A DNA stretch of 64,000 bases from the NCBI RefSeq assembly GCF_009914755.1, contig NC_060932.1, one strand, 5' to 3'. The notes beneath the pieces are model-generated. The model saw only the letters and a list, made by a program, of their open reading frames with translations. It was not told the DNA's origin and did not search any database. This stretch comes from the human T2T-CHM13v2.0 reference genome, Homo sapiens. Every line of letters starts with the position of its first letter. Within the stretch, counting starts at the first letter, position 1. This document shows, one piece after another, positions 1 through 13,623 of the stretch. A program made the translations under genes and the position numbers.

Positions 1-241
1 CAGAGGCAGAGATTGGAGAGATGCAGCCACAAACCTAGGAAGGCCAGCGATGCCCGGTGGCCATCAGAAACTGGAAGAGGAAAAGAACCAGTTCTCCTCC
101 AGAGCCTCTGGGGAGAGGGCAGCTCTGCTGACACTTTGATTTCAGACTTCTGGCTCCCAGAACTGTGAAGGAATATATTCCTGTTCTATTAAGCCACCCA
201 GACTGTGGGAATTTGTTACAGTAGCCATAGGACATTAATAT
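1..241 (+). mobile_element. MaLR LTR, MLT1B/C-like, 3' portion (cut by window start)
   Basis: MLT1 motifs 'gcagagattggagagatgcagccacaa', 'gctgacactttgatttcagacttctggctcccagaactgtga' and 'taagccacccag...tttgttacagtagcc'. Confidence 0.8.
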
Positions 242-574
242 GCTGGTTAACCTCATGAATCAGGCAGGCAAGGCCTGGGTGTGCAGGAGCCTAGAAGCCC
301 AGACCTGTGGGTAGGGTGAGGACAGCTCCGCCAGAAAAGCAGACTCACAGACAGCAGTAATACAGAGACTCGGGGAGAGCATCCTGGCCTCAGAGGTTGT
401 TCCATGCATAGGAAATACAGCAAACAAAGTTTGATCCAGGCAAGCATTGAGTTTTTTTACGTTGACCAAAATAGTGGGTAGGGAACTGCAGCAGTAATTC
501 AGATGGAAGAAAAAACGTGAAGTCAAATGAGCATCAGTATTAGTTATCATTAGTTAATTAGAAATACTAATAGG

Positions 575-740
575 AGAAAACATTCATTGAAAACCCACTG
601 TTTGCCAGGCTTTGAAGTACCATAGACCTACCATGTAGGTTTCATTGATCTCTCTTCACACTTTATAATAAGCGCAAAACTAGGATTCAAATTCAAGTAG
701 ATCTGACTCCTATTCTAGGTTTTTCACTATGGTGCTACAT
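575..740 (-). mobile_element. MIR SINE fragment
   Basis: Degenerate antisense MIR: 'cattcattgaaaacccactgtttgccaggc' and 'ctaggattcaaattcaagtagatctgactcc'. Confidence 0.45.
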
Positions 741-2167
741 ATTCTCACTCCGCTGTACTACCCCAGTCAGGACTGTACTATTAATAATACACAGCAGACT
801 GCAGGCCCAGTGGGGCAGCATGTTGATAGGAACTGGACAGTGTCAAGATTCTGTCTAGTTCTGGATGAAATTCCAGACCTATCAAAGAGAGAGAACAATG
901 CCATGGAGGAGAAATGAGTGTGGGGCTTCCAGTAAACTACATTCAAATTCGGGCTTGGCACTGGTGGGCTGCCTGATCTCTAGCCCACTTCCTTATCTTT
1001 GTAATGTGAGCAATAATATCTATCCCGCAGAATCAATCCAAGAGAGGATATATGCAAGTCAAAAGCCTGGTTCAATATCTAACAAGAAAAATGATTTCCT
1101 GTCTCATGGTAGGGTTTGAAGGAAATTGCACAAAACCATAATAGGCATTTGTATTGGCTAGTATAAATTACAGTGAGCACAGCCTTAAGTATTATGCTCT
1201 ATTTTTGAAGTAAACATTGAATTTAATTAAAACTATATAAAATCAAAGAAGGCTTGGTGAAATGGTCACTTGATTAGAAATCTGATCTCCGACATCTCTA
1301 GGTTTCCTGTCTATGCAATTAACTCCAATAGATTTGAGAAGCACTTGGATTTCATCGAAAGTAAGGGATGTTATTTATTACAAATATAAATAAATATTCC
1401 AGAGCTGACCTGTATTCTGACAACCAACACATATTAGGCTACATTTGATGTAATATTGATTTGCCTTCCTTGTCAGACTTTTGGGGTATAAGATTTGGCA
1501 TCAACTTCTTGAGGTCCATCAGTCTTTCAGGCAGAGCTCCTTACAAGTACACAGTACTCATATTCCAATGGCATTATTTGGTAACTTAAAAAATATTAAA
1601 TATAAAAATTTTGTGCCCTTGAATGTATTTTAATTGAAAATTACAGAGATGATCTGAAGTATAGGCTCTTTGGGATTGAAGAAGGAAGAGTTTAGTATTT
1701 TTTTCTTATTTTTCAAAAAAGCAATAATGAAACATGTACGTATAATGGAGTAAAAATTAATGAATAGATACTTTTTCTATTCATTAGTATGAACAGATTA
1801 CAAATTCAAGTATGAATACATACTTCAAATAGAATGATTTAATGGTTGACTCAAAAATAAAGACTTTATAAAATTCTTCATTTGTCTTAATGCACTGCAT
1901 TCTCATAGTTTCTCATAAAATTTTAATTATCACCTAACTTAAAAAAAAACACTCTGGAAGTTTATGAGCTGTGAAAGTTTCAGAAGCAAAGATGATGTTT
2001 ACCACCAGTAAGACGTGTTCTTTGAACAACTTTTGTTTTAGTACTGACAATGTTTTCTGATAAACATGAATTCTCTCTCATGCTACTCCTATAGCCAGCA
2101 ACACACATCTACAAATTTGGTTACTAAAGCTATCAGAAGCATAGAGTTAGAACAAAACATAGCTACA

Positions 2168-2238
2168 CCCACTCATGCGAGATCAAATCCATGACTCTAA
2201 CCTCATTAGCACCATTTTCTAGCCAATGGGTAAAGCTA
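2168..2238 (-). mobile_element. tRNA-Ile(AAU)-derived SINE head (MamSINE1-like relic)
   Basis: Reverse complement 'ttacccattggctagaaaatggtgctaatgaggttagagtcatggatttgatctc' aligns to tRNA-Ile 'TTAGCTCAGTTGGTTAGAGCGTGGTGCTAATAACGCCAAGGTCGCGGGTTCGATCCC'. It is too decayed to fold as a tRNA. Confidence 0.6.
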
Positions 2239-3474
2239 CAATGAACTCCTGCCTCTGGGAGGGATTGTCTGATCTGACTCTTATTTGAAGACCTCAAAAA
2301 TGTTTTCTAAAGAACAAAATAAGAACAAATAATGATCCAGTCACTATAATCTGGCTTTGGATCTTCACTTCAGTCACTGTTTGATTCAGGTTAGTGAAGG
2401 ATACTGATAACCTCATTTTTATATATAGATGTATCATGAGTATCAGATTTTGGGGCATATGAATGATTCAACTTTGTAGTACTTTCTTGAGAAGAGATAA
2501 AATACTATGTGGCCAGAGGAGAAAATGTAATAAAAAGGACAAGCATGGTTCATTTGCATACCAGAAAAGGTAGCTGTGATTACTTTAAGTAATTATAAGC
2601 TCTCCATCATAGCATGTAAATGGGGAAAATCATGGTTAGCCCATGTAAAGAATTTTGATGATAATCTATAAACAAAACCACACCTTGTATCAAATGAGTT
2701 CCATCCAAAGATACACTATTGTCTTGAATGAATTCATATGACTTAGCAGGACCAGCATTGAGAGCCTGAAAATATCCCATTTGTTCCCAAAGTGTAAGAT
2801 TCTCAAATACAGTGAGAGCTTTTTCAAATGTATTGTCTATCACTTTGTCTTTGTACCAGAAGCAAATTATTTTTTTAAGTGCTAATTGGCAGTTCTGTAA
2901 AGATACCGCAGTGCCCCCACACTAATTGCATCGCCTGCAGAATTCTCAGTCAGACTCCTTTTCCAACCTGTACGGTCAGGAAGTCTGACAAGAAAATGTA
3001 TGCTCAAAGTTCTCAACAAAGGGGAAATTACTTTACAGTCTGCTATAAACACGTGGAGATAGCTGAAAGTTATTTCGTTTCACTCATTAGGGATAGTCTA
3101 ACTTGGCTAATCTACACTCAGTTTAAGTTATATAGCTGTTTTTCCTAATTTTTAGAATAAGTGCTATATTTATGGCCCACATGCTGAATATTTGAAATAG
3201 TTTGAACCAATAAATGTAGTACTATGGCTTGTTTATTGCTGAGTTGATTAAATTGCCCCACTCTACATGGTTCTTTCCCACATAAATTATTCCAATCAGT
3301 GTAAAAGTTGCTTACATTGAAGGAATTATATGTTTGACAGCTGATTGTTGGCTCCAAGTAGTTGATCAAAGAAGTAATTTCAAACTGGGGAGAGGTATTC
3401 ATATGGTTAAGCTGGTGTGCTACAAAACCATGGATTAGATGGGGCAAGAAGGGGTTATAGCCATTATACATTTC

Positions 3475-3755
3475 ATTTTGTGGTTCTGCCAGTTACTGAC
3501 TGTAACCTAAGCAAGTTAATTTATTCATGCCTCAGATTTCTCATCTGTCGAATAGAGCTAATATTTGCATTATCCATATGAAATTCACCAATCTTAAAGT
3601 CAAAAGTAGTAAAATATCAGCAGTTTCATATGGTTTACTCCAATAATAGTATCCATATATAGGATTATTGTAGAGATTAAATGTTAATTTAGGTAAAGCA
3701 CTCAACACAATGACTAAAATCTATTAAGTAAATGCACAATAAATGATAGTAATTT
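3475..3755 (+). mobile_element. MIR SINE, interrupted by MADE2
   Basis: 'tctgccagttactgactgtaacctaagcaagtta...gcctcagatttctcatctgt' resumes as 'ataggattattgtagagattaaatg...gtaaagcactcaacaca'. Confidence 0.75.
3562..3643. mobile_element. MADE2 mariner-type MITE nested in MIR
   Basis: ~80 bp element with terminal inverted repeat (TIR) cores 'ccatatgaaatt' and 'agtttcatatgg'. Confidence 0.65.
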
Positions 3756-4415
3756 TAAAAATTATAATAATTACTATTTTTAGCTGGATTTGTGTGAAGA
3801 AAGATATACAGTATATACTGTATTGATAATTTTCATTTCAATATGTTCCTTTTAACTGGTGGGTCCAGGTGCAAAATTATTGAGCAGTAACATACGTTGA
3901 GGCAGGGCTACCTCTTATCCTCCTTGTACTAAAAGGCTGGGATGCCTAATTCAAAGGAGGACAGTCCAGAAATGAAGTCAAGTGCAAACTGGCAATGAGC
4001 ATAGGGGACAAGGGTTGAGTTGAGAAGCCATTATTACATTCCAGAAGCTGGTCTCTAAAGCCAGGTTGGAAAATTCAAGTAACACAGTTAACTGTGACCC
4101 AAAAGCCAAGTTACTCACGAATTATAGGAAGGTGAGTGAGTCAAGAAAGACACTGAAGGCACAGGCACAGGATGGAGAAGACAGCCTCCGACTGGCAATG
4201 TCACTGATAAAGTCACATCCCAAGACAGGAGGATTCTGAGCCACCACCAGCATCCCAAGTCATAAAATGATGGCCATTTCAGGAATCTCTTTTGCATTTT
4301 GATCCCCAGCTCATGGGACATGCCTAGGTAATTGTTATTCCTAAGGCTGTAATTATGTTTACTCTGTGGAGATGAGAGCTCTTTCTGTTAGAGTTCCTAC
4401 AAGAAGTCATGTCCT

Positions 4416-4715
<300 letters not shown>

Positions 4716-5093
4716 AAGAAGTCATGTCCTTAGAGAAAGACAGATGAGGTCAGGATATGAATTTGATGGATTTTCTTGCTGTTCAACTGAAAGACCACAG
4801 CACCTTTTAAGAAACTTGCCATGAATCTCGAAATATTCTCAAAGCTCCAGTTCCTGCACAAATCATCCACCCAGCATGTTTCAAATAAAATAAGATGATT
4901 TGCTCCTTATACATGTAGCTTCATCACGAAGTCACTTCAAGTTTTAGGAAATAACTAAAATAAATGTTAAATATCTCTTACCTTTATTTTAATACAATTC
5001 AATTTTAATAAGCACCTATCAGTAATTAACACCTAACAAATAGAATGTACAAATAATAACTTTCCATTGTGTCGAAGCATTGGATATTTTACT

Positions 5094-5370
5094 GATATAT
5101 AAACACACAGTTTTATATATAAACATATATAGTGTGCATATATATGTATTATATACACATATATGTATACAATATATGTGTAAAAAGAGTTATCTATATG
5201 AATAATCCAGGTTTGGGTTTCTTTCCCTGTAAATATGTGTGTATATGTATACACATAGATATGTATATATACACACACATATGTATTATATACATATATA
5301 CACAAATATATGTATGTATATATAACTCTAGATATACATATATACGCACACACAGACACATATATATATG
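5094..5370. repeat. Degenerate (TA)n/(CA)n/(TATG)n simple repeat
   Basis: Direct inspection. It is interrupted at 5199-5235 by non-repeat sequence. Confidence 0.9.
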
Positions 5371-5654
5371 TTCATAGTTGAGAGAAAACATTCTGCTTAA
5401 TGCTAAAAAATAGCTGAAATATAAGCTAACCAATAATGCCTAATAGTATATTTTAGAACACCATCTTATAATGTGAGTCTACCATCAGTTCTCCACTATT
5501 CATTTGTCAAGACTCTAATGCATTTTTGGTGGAAATATAAATATTCCAGTGAAGGCTGTTCACATGCCTATTCTATTTAATCTCATTTTAATTCATGTTA
5601 CTTTCCACCAACTATTTGAATGGCTATTATTTAGGAGAACATAATTAAGATAGC

Positions 5655-5870
5655 TTAAATTTTGAGGCCCACTCCTGGCTCTATCAATTAGCATATCTGT
5701 GACCAGGAAAGAAATTGAATACTCCAGGTCTGGGTTTCTTTCCCTGTAAATAAAGGATCCCCCCAAAAAATCTACCTGGGGGTGGGGGTGTGTATTGTGA
5801 AAAATGCATGAGAACTAAAGCAACTGCCACAGCCTGTAGAACAAGGTTGTGCCCAGTAAACCTTAATTTT
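5655..5870 (+). mobile_element. MIR SINE
   Basis: 'tcctggctctatcaattagcatatctgtgacc...tctgggtttctttccctgtaaa...tattgtga...taaagca'. Confidence 0.55.
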
Positions 5871-5974
5871 CTTCCTCTGTTTCTTGAATCACAAATCCCA
5901 TCAAGGGGAATTGGTTTACAGTAAGCAGTGTCAATGTAATTAGAATTAACACTCTCACAATAACTTTGGTAATA

Positions 5975-6190
5975 ATAATAATAATAGCAATTACCATTTG
6001 TGTAACCCTACACAATGTACTTAATGATAGCATTTAATCCTCATAAAAATTTCTGTTGTCTTCATCTTACCATTGAAAAAATATTGAAGCCCAGAGAGCC
6101 TATGGTGACCTTCCTAGGATTATACAGGCAGGGAACAGCAAAATTTGAAATCAAACCCCAGTTTTCTGACTTCGAGTGTGGCACTATTGG
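5975..6190 (-). mobile_element. MIR SINE
   Basis: 'catttaatcctcataa...attgaagcccagagag...aaatttgaaatcaaaccccagttttctgacttc'. Confidence 0.6.
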
Positions 6191-8271
6191 AATCTAGTCC
6201 CTTAAGTGAGGCTTATCTTGATCAGATGCCTCAAAATCTCATACTGGGAGAAATCATTGTCTTATGAGTCATAGCTCTACCAGGCAAAAATAAAATATGC
6301 ATTATAAAATAACAATGCATTATGATAATATAGAAAGTGAGAAATATTTGAGATACGATAGAGAACCTTAGGGCTGAACCCTGACTTCTTAGTTGGACTT
6401 ATTCTGCTTTCCCACAGCAATATGGCTAAGTGTTTTCCCATTACAGACAAGCTATGCTCACCCACCTGTAAACTCGGCCTTGGGAAAGGACTTTTCATTC
6501 AGTTAATTAACCTTCCAGCCAGACACAGATTCAGAGAAGAGACTTGGGAGAATGCAATCACAATTTGCCAACTATTAACTTACTTCTTGTGTACAATGAG
6601 GAGACTAGATCGTGCTATAAAGCACAAATATTCAAGAACAAATTCAATGGGAAATGTTCAATCTGAGGTGTATTTTGAGTTGGTTGCCATTATGTTTTAA
6701 AGAATGAAGAAACAAACACATAGTTATGCAACCTTAAAATCACTGATTCCTTCTTTTTTGTTTGTTGCTCTGGATTTTTATCTGATAGGCTGGTTTCATC
6801 TCTACTGGTCCTCGACTTCAAATTTTTCAATGTGACAATATTTTATGTATTGATTAGAACAGTGTGATATTACTCGGGATGGAGGAAGGTTAGACAAAAA
6901 TGACATAAGATGTTTCTCTCATTTTTGGGACATCAAAATTATCTGAGAAATAATGGCCTCAGTGGAGAGTAGAGGGAAATGATACAATCTGTACCTGTTA
7001 GGACTGGCTAATTTTCTTGAAATTTCCTAGTTGTATATGTATAGATGTGAATGTTAAAGAAACACCCATCGTTCAGCTATCACTAAAGGATAAAATACTT
7101 ATGCACTAGGCTTCAAACAGCAAAGTATAAACATAAATAGTGAGATATCTGTCCTTGCTTAATTTAATAAGGTCAAAATCCTTTTATGTTTTCAAGCGTC
7201 ATTATTCATCAGTGCTTGTTTATATGGAGAAGATAGACACAGAAGACTTTGCAGAAGTCATTACATTTTTTGGTAACTATAAAGCTTTTTCCAGAGATGC
7301 TTCCCTCTTCTACTTCCCATGTCAAGCTACACCAACTGCTACACCTACTGGCAGTGGTGAAATTGCAGGAGTAGCCTCCTGTCTTCCTTGTCAGTGCTTT
7401 AAGGAAATAAACTAGGTTAGAAAAGGTCTGGCAATGCTCTTGTTTGTTTGAACAGAAAAGTAATCTACATATCACTGTCATCCGGTTCCTCTGAAGATGT
7501 CATGAGGCAGGTCATTTCTCTCTACTGAAGTGCTTTTTCTTTTATTACCAGCCCTATAACAAGATTATTGAAATGATTCAACAACAGTCATGCCATAGTC
7601 ATAGATACTTGTTGAAAGTAAATAATAAAAGCATTTTATCTGAATGGCTGTCATTTTCCTGTTGAGGGATACATTTGTTACATAAGTACATTTGTATGCT
7701 GGTCTGCCTTATGTGAACTGTTCTAATTTGGTTATCCTGATAGGTGCCATTGTTGCTTCATTCTAACAATATTAGCAGAAGAAGGAGGTCAGTCATTTTC
7801 AAAATGTAATTTGCAGTCACTCCAGTCAAAGAGGTTGCAACAAGATAGAAACCAGTGAGAATGAATTTTAAGGAAACTACTGGAGAATGTTTGAGCACCA
7901 CAACATAATTTGGCATTTGAGTTCATGTTAAGCAAAATTCAATTTGAAAAAAGAAAACAAGGTCACCGCATTTAGATTTAAAAGTTAGTTTTTTTAAAAA
8001 AAAGGTGTAGGCTACTCAAAGCTACAGGGTTGCTTTTATACATAATGGGTCTACACTGTATAAAGGCTGGGTCACTTTTAAGTAAAATCATATTTTTAAC
8101 TTTATTTTTAATTTTTAAATGTCATTTTTATTACTTATAATCTTAAGCAACAGGGATTCAAGGATTGTTGATTACTTCATTATTTTGTATTTTATTCCCA
8201 GCAAGAAACCAAAGATTTTACTGGATATTTAATAAAAGTATCTTTATCCTTCTAATTCAAGAAAATACATA

Positions 8272-8571
<300 letters not shown>

Positions 8572-8669
8572 TGAATAATATTATCTAAAAAAACTAACTT
8601 ATATTGTCTTTCTAAATGCAGAGAAAGAACATTGTGCGTATGTGGAATCAGTTCACCATATTGATTAAG

Positions 8670-9490
8670 CATTTGTTTATTCAATAAACTAATGTTTATT
8701 GAGTACATTTCATGTGTCAGGCATTTTGCTAGGCATTGAGAAAAGAGCTTTGTCCTCATGGACCTTATAATCTATCCAGAAAGAGAGATATAAAAGAAGC
8801 AATTACAATGAAGTGTACTTACAATGAAGTGTACTAAGTGTTAATGAGACATACAAGGTTCTCTGAGATTGAGTGGCTAAAGGTGCAGCAACCAGAAAGC
8901 CTCCCGGAAGAAAAAAATTTTAATTCCTAACCACAGGATGAGTGCATGTCAGTCCAGTGAAAAGACAGAGGAAGATTGTGTCAGAATAAAGAAACAGCAT
9001 CTGCCCAAATCTACCCTCCAGAGAGGGTGGAAATTTCAAGGAAAAAAAAGTTTTATCTAGTAAGAGTATAGAGTACAAAGTGAGGAGATGTCAGAGATGA
9101 GGGTTAGATTTTAAAAGTTAGGTATTTATCCATTTAGAAATTAGAAGCCATTGACCCCATTGAATGGGTTTAAATAGAGTAATACAAACTGTGACTACTG
9201 GAAAGTCATTCTGACTACAGTGGAAACAGTATTTTTGAAAAGAGTGTAACCGGATGCTTGGGAATCAGAAGTCTATCGCAATGGTTCAGTTAAGAACACA
9301 TGAGGGCCTGGGCTAGGGAGTTGGCAGTGGGCATGGTTTAGGGTATAGGGTAGATGAGACTCTGTGAATGAATATAACACATGATGAAGAAGGGGCAATA
9401 AAGATCATGATTGTTGGGGGCAACTTGGTGCATGGTGATGCCCTTTACTGGGATAGGAAACATTGGAAGACAATCAAGATTGATGGAAAT
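8670..9490 (-). mobile_element. L2 LINE 3' region
   Basis: 'tttattgagtacatttcatgtgtcaggcattttgctaggcattgag' followed by purine-rich antisense L2 body. Confidence 0.7.
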
Positions 9491-9954
9491 TCTGAAATAA
9501 TAAGAGCATGACAGGAAATTAATACTATTACTTAGCTATATTGTTCTATATAAATATGTATTTTATATAAAAATATATAAAGATACTTGACTTTTCAGAA
9601 AACTAGACTACATAACTTGTTAATTACACTATTTTAAGGAAATAATAAACCTGGAATTATTAGTTTACTTTCTCTAGATGGAAATATAAAGCGCTGAACA
9701 ATGACGTGGCCTTCTCAGAACAACATAATGAATCAAAGGGCTGGTCACAGCAGAAGTTGACATCATTTTATTTTCCTTACACAGAATAAAACTTTCAAGC
9801 TGAAAATGCCATGTAGACCTAACTTGTGTCTCCAAAATACACCTTCTCTTCACAGTACTGAACATTTATGTGCTCAGCACTGCCTATGAACCCTAATAAG
9901 AAAATACGTATAAACACATTGTCCCTGACTTAAATGTGTTGTAATTAATCAGCA

Positions 9955-10700
9955 AGTCACTCATTCCTTAGTTAGCGCATTAAATACTTTCAATAATAAA
10001 TATTTTGAACACTCACTGTTGGTCAAGTCTTGAGTCTGACATCAGCATGGGTTTACAGAATGCAAAATATATAGTCCCTGCTTTTGAGGAGCTCATTATC
10101 TTGAAAACACAAAGAATCCTGATTTATGTTGAATGCAGTGTCAGTGACTAAAGATAAAGAAGCACAGAGGAGGGTGCCTAGACCAGCTGGGAGAAGGGCT
10201 CAGGGTCGGCGTTGTGTGGGGGGAAAGATGATGCTTGAATATTCTAATCACGCTGTAAAGATAAATAGCGCTTAACCAGGAGAAGGCTGAGGAAGGGGTG
10301 TTAAGAGCTAAGTAGCACATGGATAGGGAAGAAGCTACAAAATCACCTTAGGTATCTGGGGAAGTGCAAGAAATTAAAGAACCAAGAAAGTAGGTAGAGA
10401 CTCTGAAGGGTTCTTTGTTTGTTTGTTTGTTTTGGTCAGGGAAAAGAAATTGATTTTGTCCTGATGTCCCTGGGGACCAACTGAAATGATGTGACATGTC
10501 TAGATTTTCTAAATTGGAATATCTCCCTCAGTGCTGTGGTTCTTAAACTTGAATCTGTGTAGCAGAGGGAAGACTAGTTCAAAGGCCATTTCAGGTGGCG
10601 ATTGTAAAGGTGAACAGATAGGGACAGATTTGGGAAATATGTAGGTGTTTAAATCAGCTCTCTTTGGCAACTGACCAAGGATGGAGGGTAGGGAAAGGGA
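9955..10700 (-). mobile_element. L2 LINE fragment
   Basis: 'aaatattttgaacactcactgt...tagtccctgcttttgaggagctcatt' and 'gggacagatttgggaaatatgtagg'. Confidence 0.6.
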
Positions 10701-12984
10701 GAACTCACAGTACCATGCACCCAGGGAGGGTCTTCTTCCATAATCATCAGGGTTTCCCAGGTGTCCAATGCTGCCAGCTTTGTTGTTGTATCGACTCTTT
10801 AAGTCCTCAAATCTAACACATCACAAAGTTTATTTACTTTAAGATACCTCTTAAGTCCTTCCTTGTTTATCCAGCTACCACCTTCTCTTGGCAGGATTTC
10901 TACAACAATCCCTTTCTTGGCTTTCCTGCTTTCCTTGATTTGGTAGGTTAATTTCTTTAATTATTCTCTTTTTAGAGTAAAATATACTTTATTCTATCCT
11001 AAGTATGTAACTAACTTATCCTAGGAAAATTTGAAGAAAGAAGAAAACATTTTCTTGTTAACTATTTTTCTAAACTCCTGCAGTTACAAAAAATATGCCC
11101 CTTTACTTTTGTTATTTAAGTGTATTTAAATGATTTTACGGATGTATTTAATACTCATGAATATACCATAGGATTAAACATAGTTCCAAAAAATCATATG
11201 TGTTATAATTTTACTTAATTTTCAAATGGATAGTTCCTGATGATATTTCCAATCTTCCAATGGAAAATCATTTTAAACATCATTAGATACATTTTGAGTC
11301 CAAAAGTTGATCAAGCATAATCAGAGATTGTATTTAAGATTTTCCTTGTTAAAAGGAAAAATGTAATTCTTGACTAAGAAATGAAATAAACCTTCTTGTA
11401 ATTTCAATTATAGAGAAATTCCATTTCTAAATGTCATGTTCTGAACTTGATTATTAGGACTGAAGTTGATAGAACTGCAGGCCCATTGCCATTATACCAA
11501 AGGCAAATTAACTCTCCAGAAAGTAACTTTTAATCATTCTTTTTCAGTATTTTATTCTAAGTATTTTACTCATAAGCTGGAACAAAATTTGAAGCATACA
11601 TGCGAATAAATTGTTCTAAATTACGGGCTTATTTTTTTAGTTTCCAATCTCACCTTTAAAGTGTGTTTTTAAGCCTGGGTTTGCAAGGCTGTGAAATTTA
11701 TCCAGTCTTATAAATCAAGCATTTTACACAAGGTAAAGTTGAATAGAGTATAATATTTGCCTCTACAAACAAATGGAATCGTTGAAAAGATTAAATTGTT
11801 TTTGTGAGTATATATACACACATATATAGTACCATAAAAATATGATTAATAAATGAGATATTTCACAATTCATGTATAAAACAATGTTGCCTAGAAATAC
11901 TGTCAAATTTAATTTTTCATACAATGATTTTAAAAGCACATGGAAATAGAAATATTTTCCTCTCCTGCACTGTACTGTACATAAGCATCCATCAGCTGGC
12001 TACTTTCAATGAAGAAAGAAGCTGAGTTGACAATACTTAATGGAAAACATGAAGGGTAAATCTTAATGGAAAGAGAACTTCATCTGAACAGGAGTCTTTT
12101 ATCCCAGTGGCGCAGTTGTTACTTTGACATTGACATTTACATGAGTTATAAACTGAAAAAGAATTTCCATAAAAACAGCTAGTTGGCTTTGTTAAGTAAA
12201 ACAGGTCCTTTTACCTTCACAGTCTAATAAAGAAGTACAATGAAAGAACAGTGAATGAGAAAGAATAAAACCTGGCTTCCAACCTATATTCTCTTAAATG
12301 TATATATTTCATGTAACTAGGAGGTTGATCATATCATTTCCTAGGTATTACTCAGTGGTGCTAGAGCATTTTTTTGCTTTACATTTGAAACTTTTGTTTG
12401 TTTAACATTTTACAAACCATGATGTCTTTACGTATAGACACAGGTGACTTGACTCAACTTAGAAGTTCTGGTTTCCATTTTTCCTACAAGAAAAACGTGT
12501 GCTAAAGCTCTCTGGGAAATCCTAAGTCTGAGTTTGAGAACAAGAGGCAGTAACGTAACAAACACCTATGGAACACAGAAGCTTTGATGGAGTATTTTAC
12601 TAGCTACTAGGCTTTGATGGAATATTTACTAGGTGTCTATGAAACCAATAGAAGATGCAACTCTTGCACTTCAGGAAGCTTATACAGTTTTTCACGGGAA
12701 GAATAAATCATAGCAATGAACATATCTTGTTGTCCATCAAGAAATTAAACATGTCTGCAGTTAAATTAGAGAAGGCTTTATCATTTATTGTGTTCTTCCA
12801 TTAATCTATTTTATGTCATGCTAATTATCAATTTGTACTCATTTGTTCAATTGTGAACATAAATGTTTGTCATATATACATTACATTATAGTCTAAAATA
12901 CTGCATTAGTAAACTAGAAACCAGAACTAGTTTCAACCAATGCTTATTCATCCTATTATAAGGAAAAAACTACACAAAATAAAT

Positions 12985-13080
12985 CACTTCATTTTACCTT
13001 CATCACTCCATGAGATAGATATTATTCCCAACATTTTAAATAAGAAAGTTAAGGTTCAGACAGATTAATTAAATTGTCAT
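12985..13080 (-). mobile_element. MIR core fragment
   Basis: 'ccatgagatagatattattcccaacattttaaataagaaagttaaggttcaga'. Confidence 0.5.
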
Positions 13081-13379
13081 TCTCATGTATCATCTGGGTA
13101 AATTTTACTCTAATTTGTTTTTTTCCTGTTGTATCTGATGAAAGTAAGCTCTACTTTCATACAGGGAGGAAAAACAAAACAACCTTATAATTAATTTCTA
13201 ATACTATTAAGGCACTTAGGAAAATGATCTGTCGGAATAATCTTAGTTTGGGGATCAATAATAGGAGTGGAAATTAAATTAATGCAATGGTGAGATGCAT
13301 TCTTAATCTCAAAAGGATATCCATTGGTAATTCCAGTTAAAGATTTTTGCTAAAAATCTGTGTACATTTTAGGTCTGCT

Positions 13380-13623
13380 GAACTTCTATTCATCCTTCAA
13401 AGACCAGCTCGAAGGTGACCTCCTCAGGCAGAGTTAATCATTGCTATCATTGTGCACTTACCTCTGCTTCTACATATCACAAAGCATTATAATTATTTGT
13501 TCACCTCTCTGTATCCCCTATGATATTTTTAGCTTCATGGAATTTGTGTTTTCCTTTTGCCCCAAGATTGGAACAGAGTGGGATTTTAATAAAGCTGTGT
13601 GCATTGCACAAGTTGATGAATGA
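13380..13623 (+). mobile_element. L2 3' end
   Basis: 'ctattcatccttcaaagaccagctc...acctcctc', ending 'aataaa...gttgatgaatga'. Confidence 0.6.

Noticed and set aside
2168-2238. Functional tRNA-Ile gene
   Set aside because: The acceptor stem and B-box are disrupted, so it is treated as a SINE relic.
5033-5433. Tyr/Ile/Cys-rich overlapping ORFs
   Set aside because: Translation artefacts of the TA/CA microsatellite.
6995-7026. 32-nt minus-strand micro-exon (EISRKLASPN)
   Set aside because: The polypyrimidine tract is weak, the donor (GTACAG) is modest, and the peptide is unrecognised.
7140-7481. Overlapping ~90-aa ORFs with a minus-strand acceptor near 7397
   Set aside because: No matching donor or homology. 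Consistent with chance.
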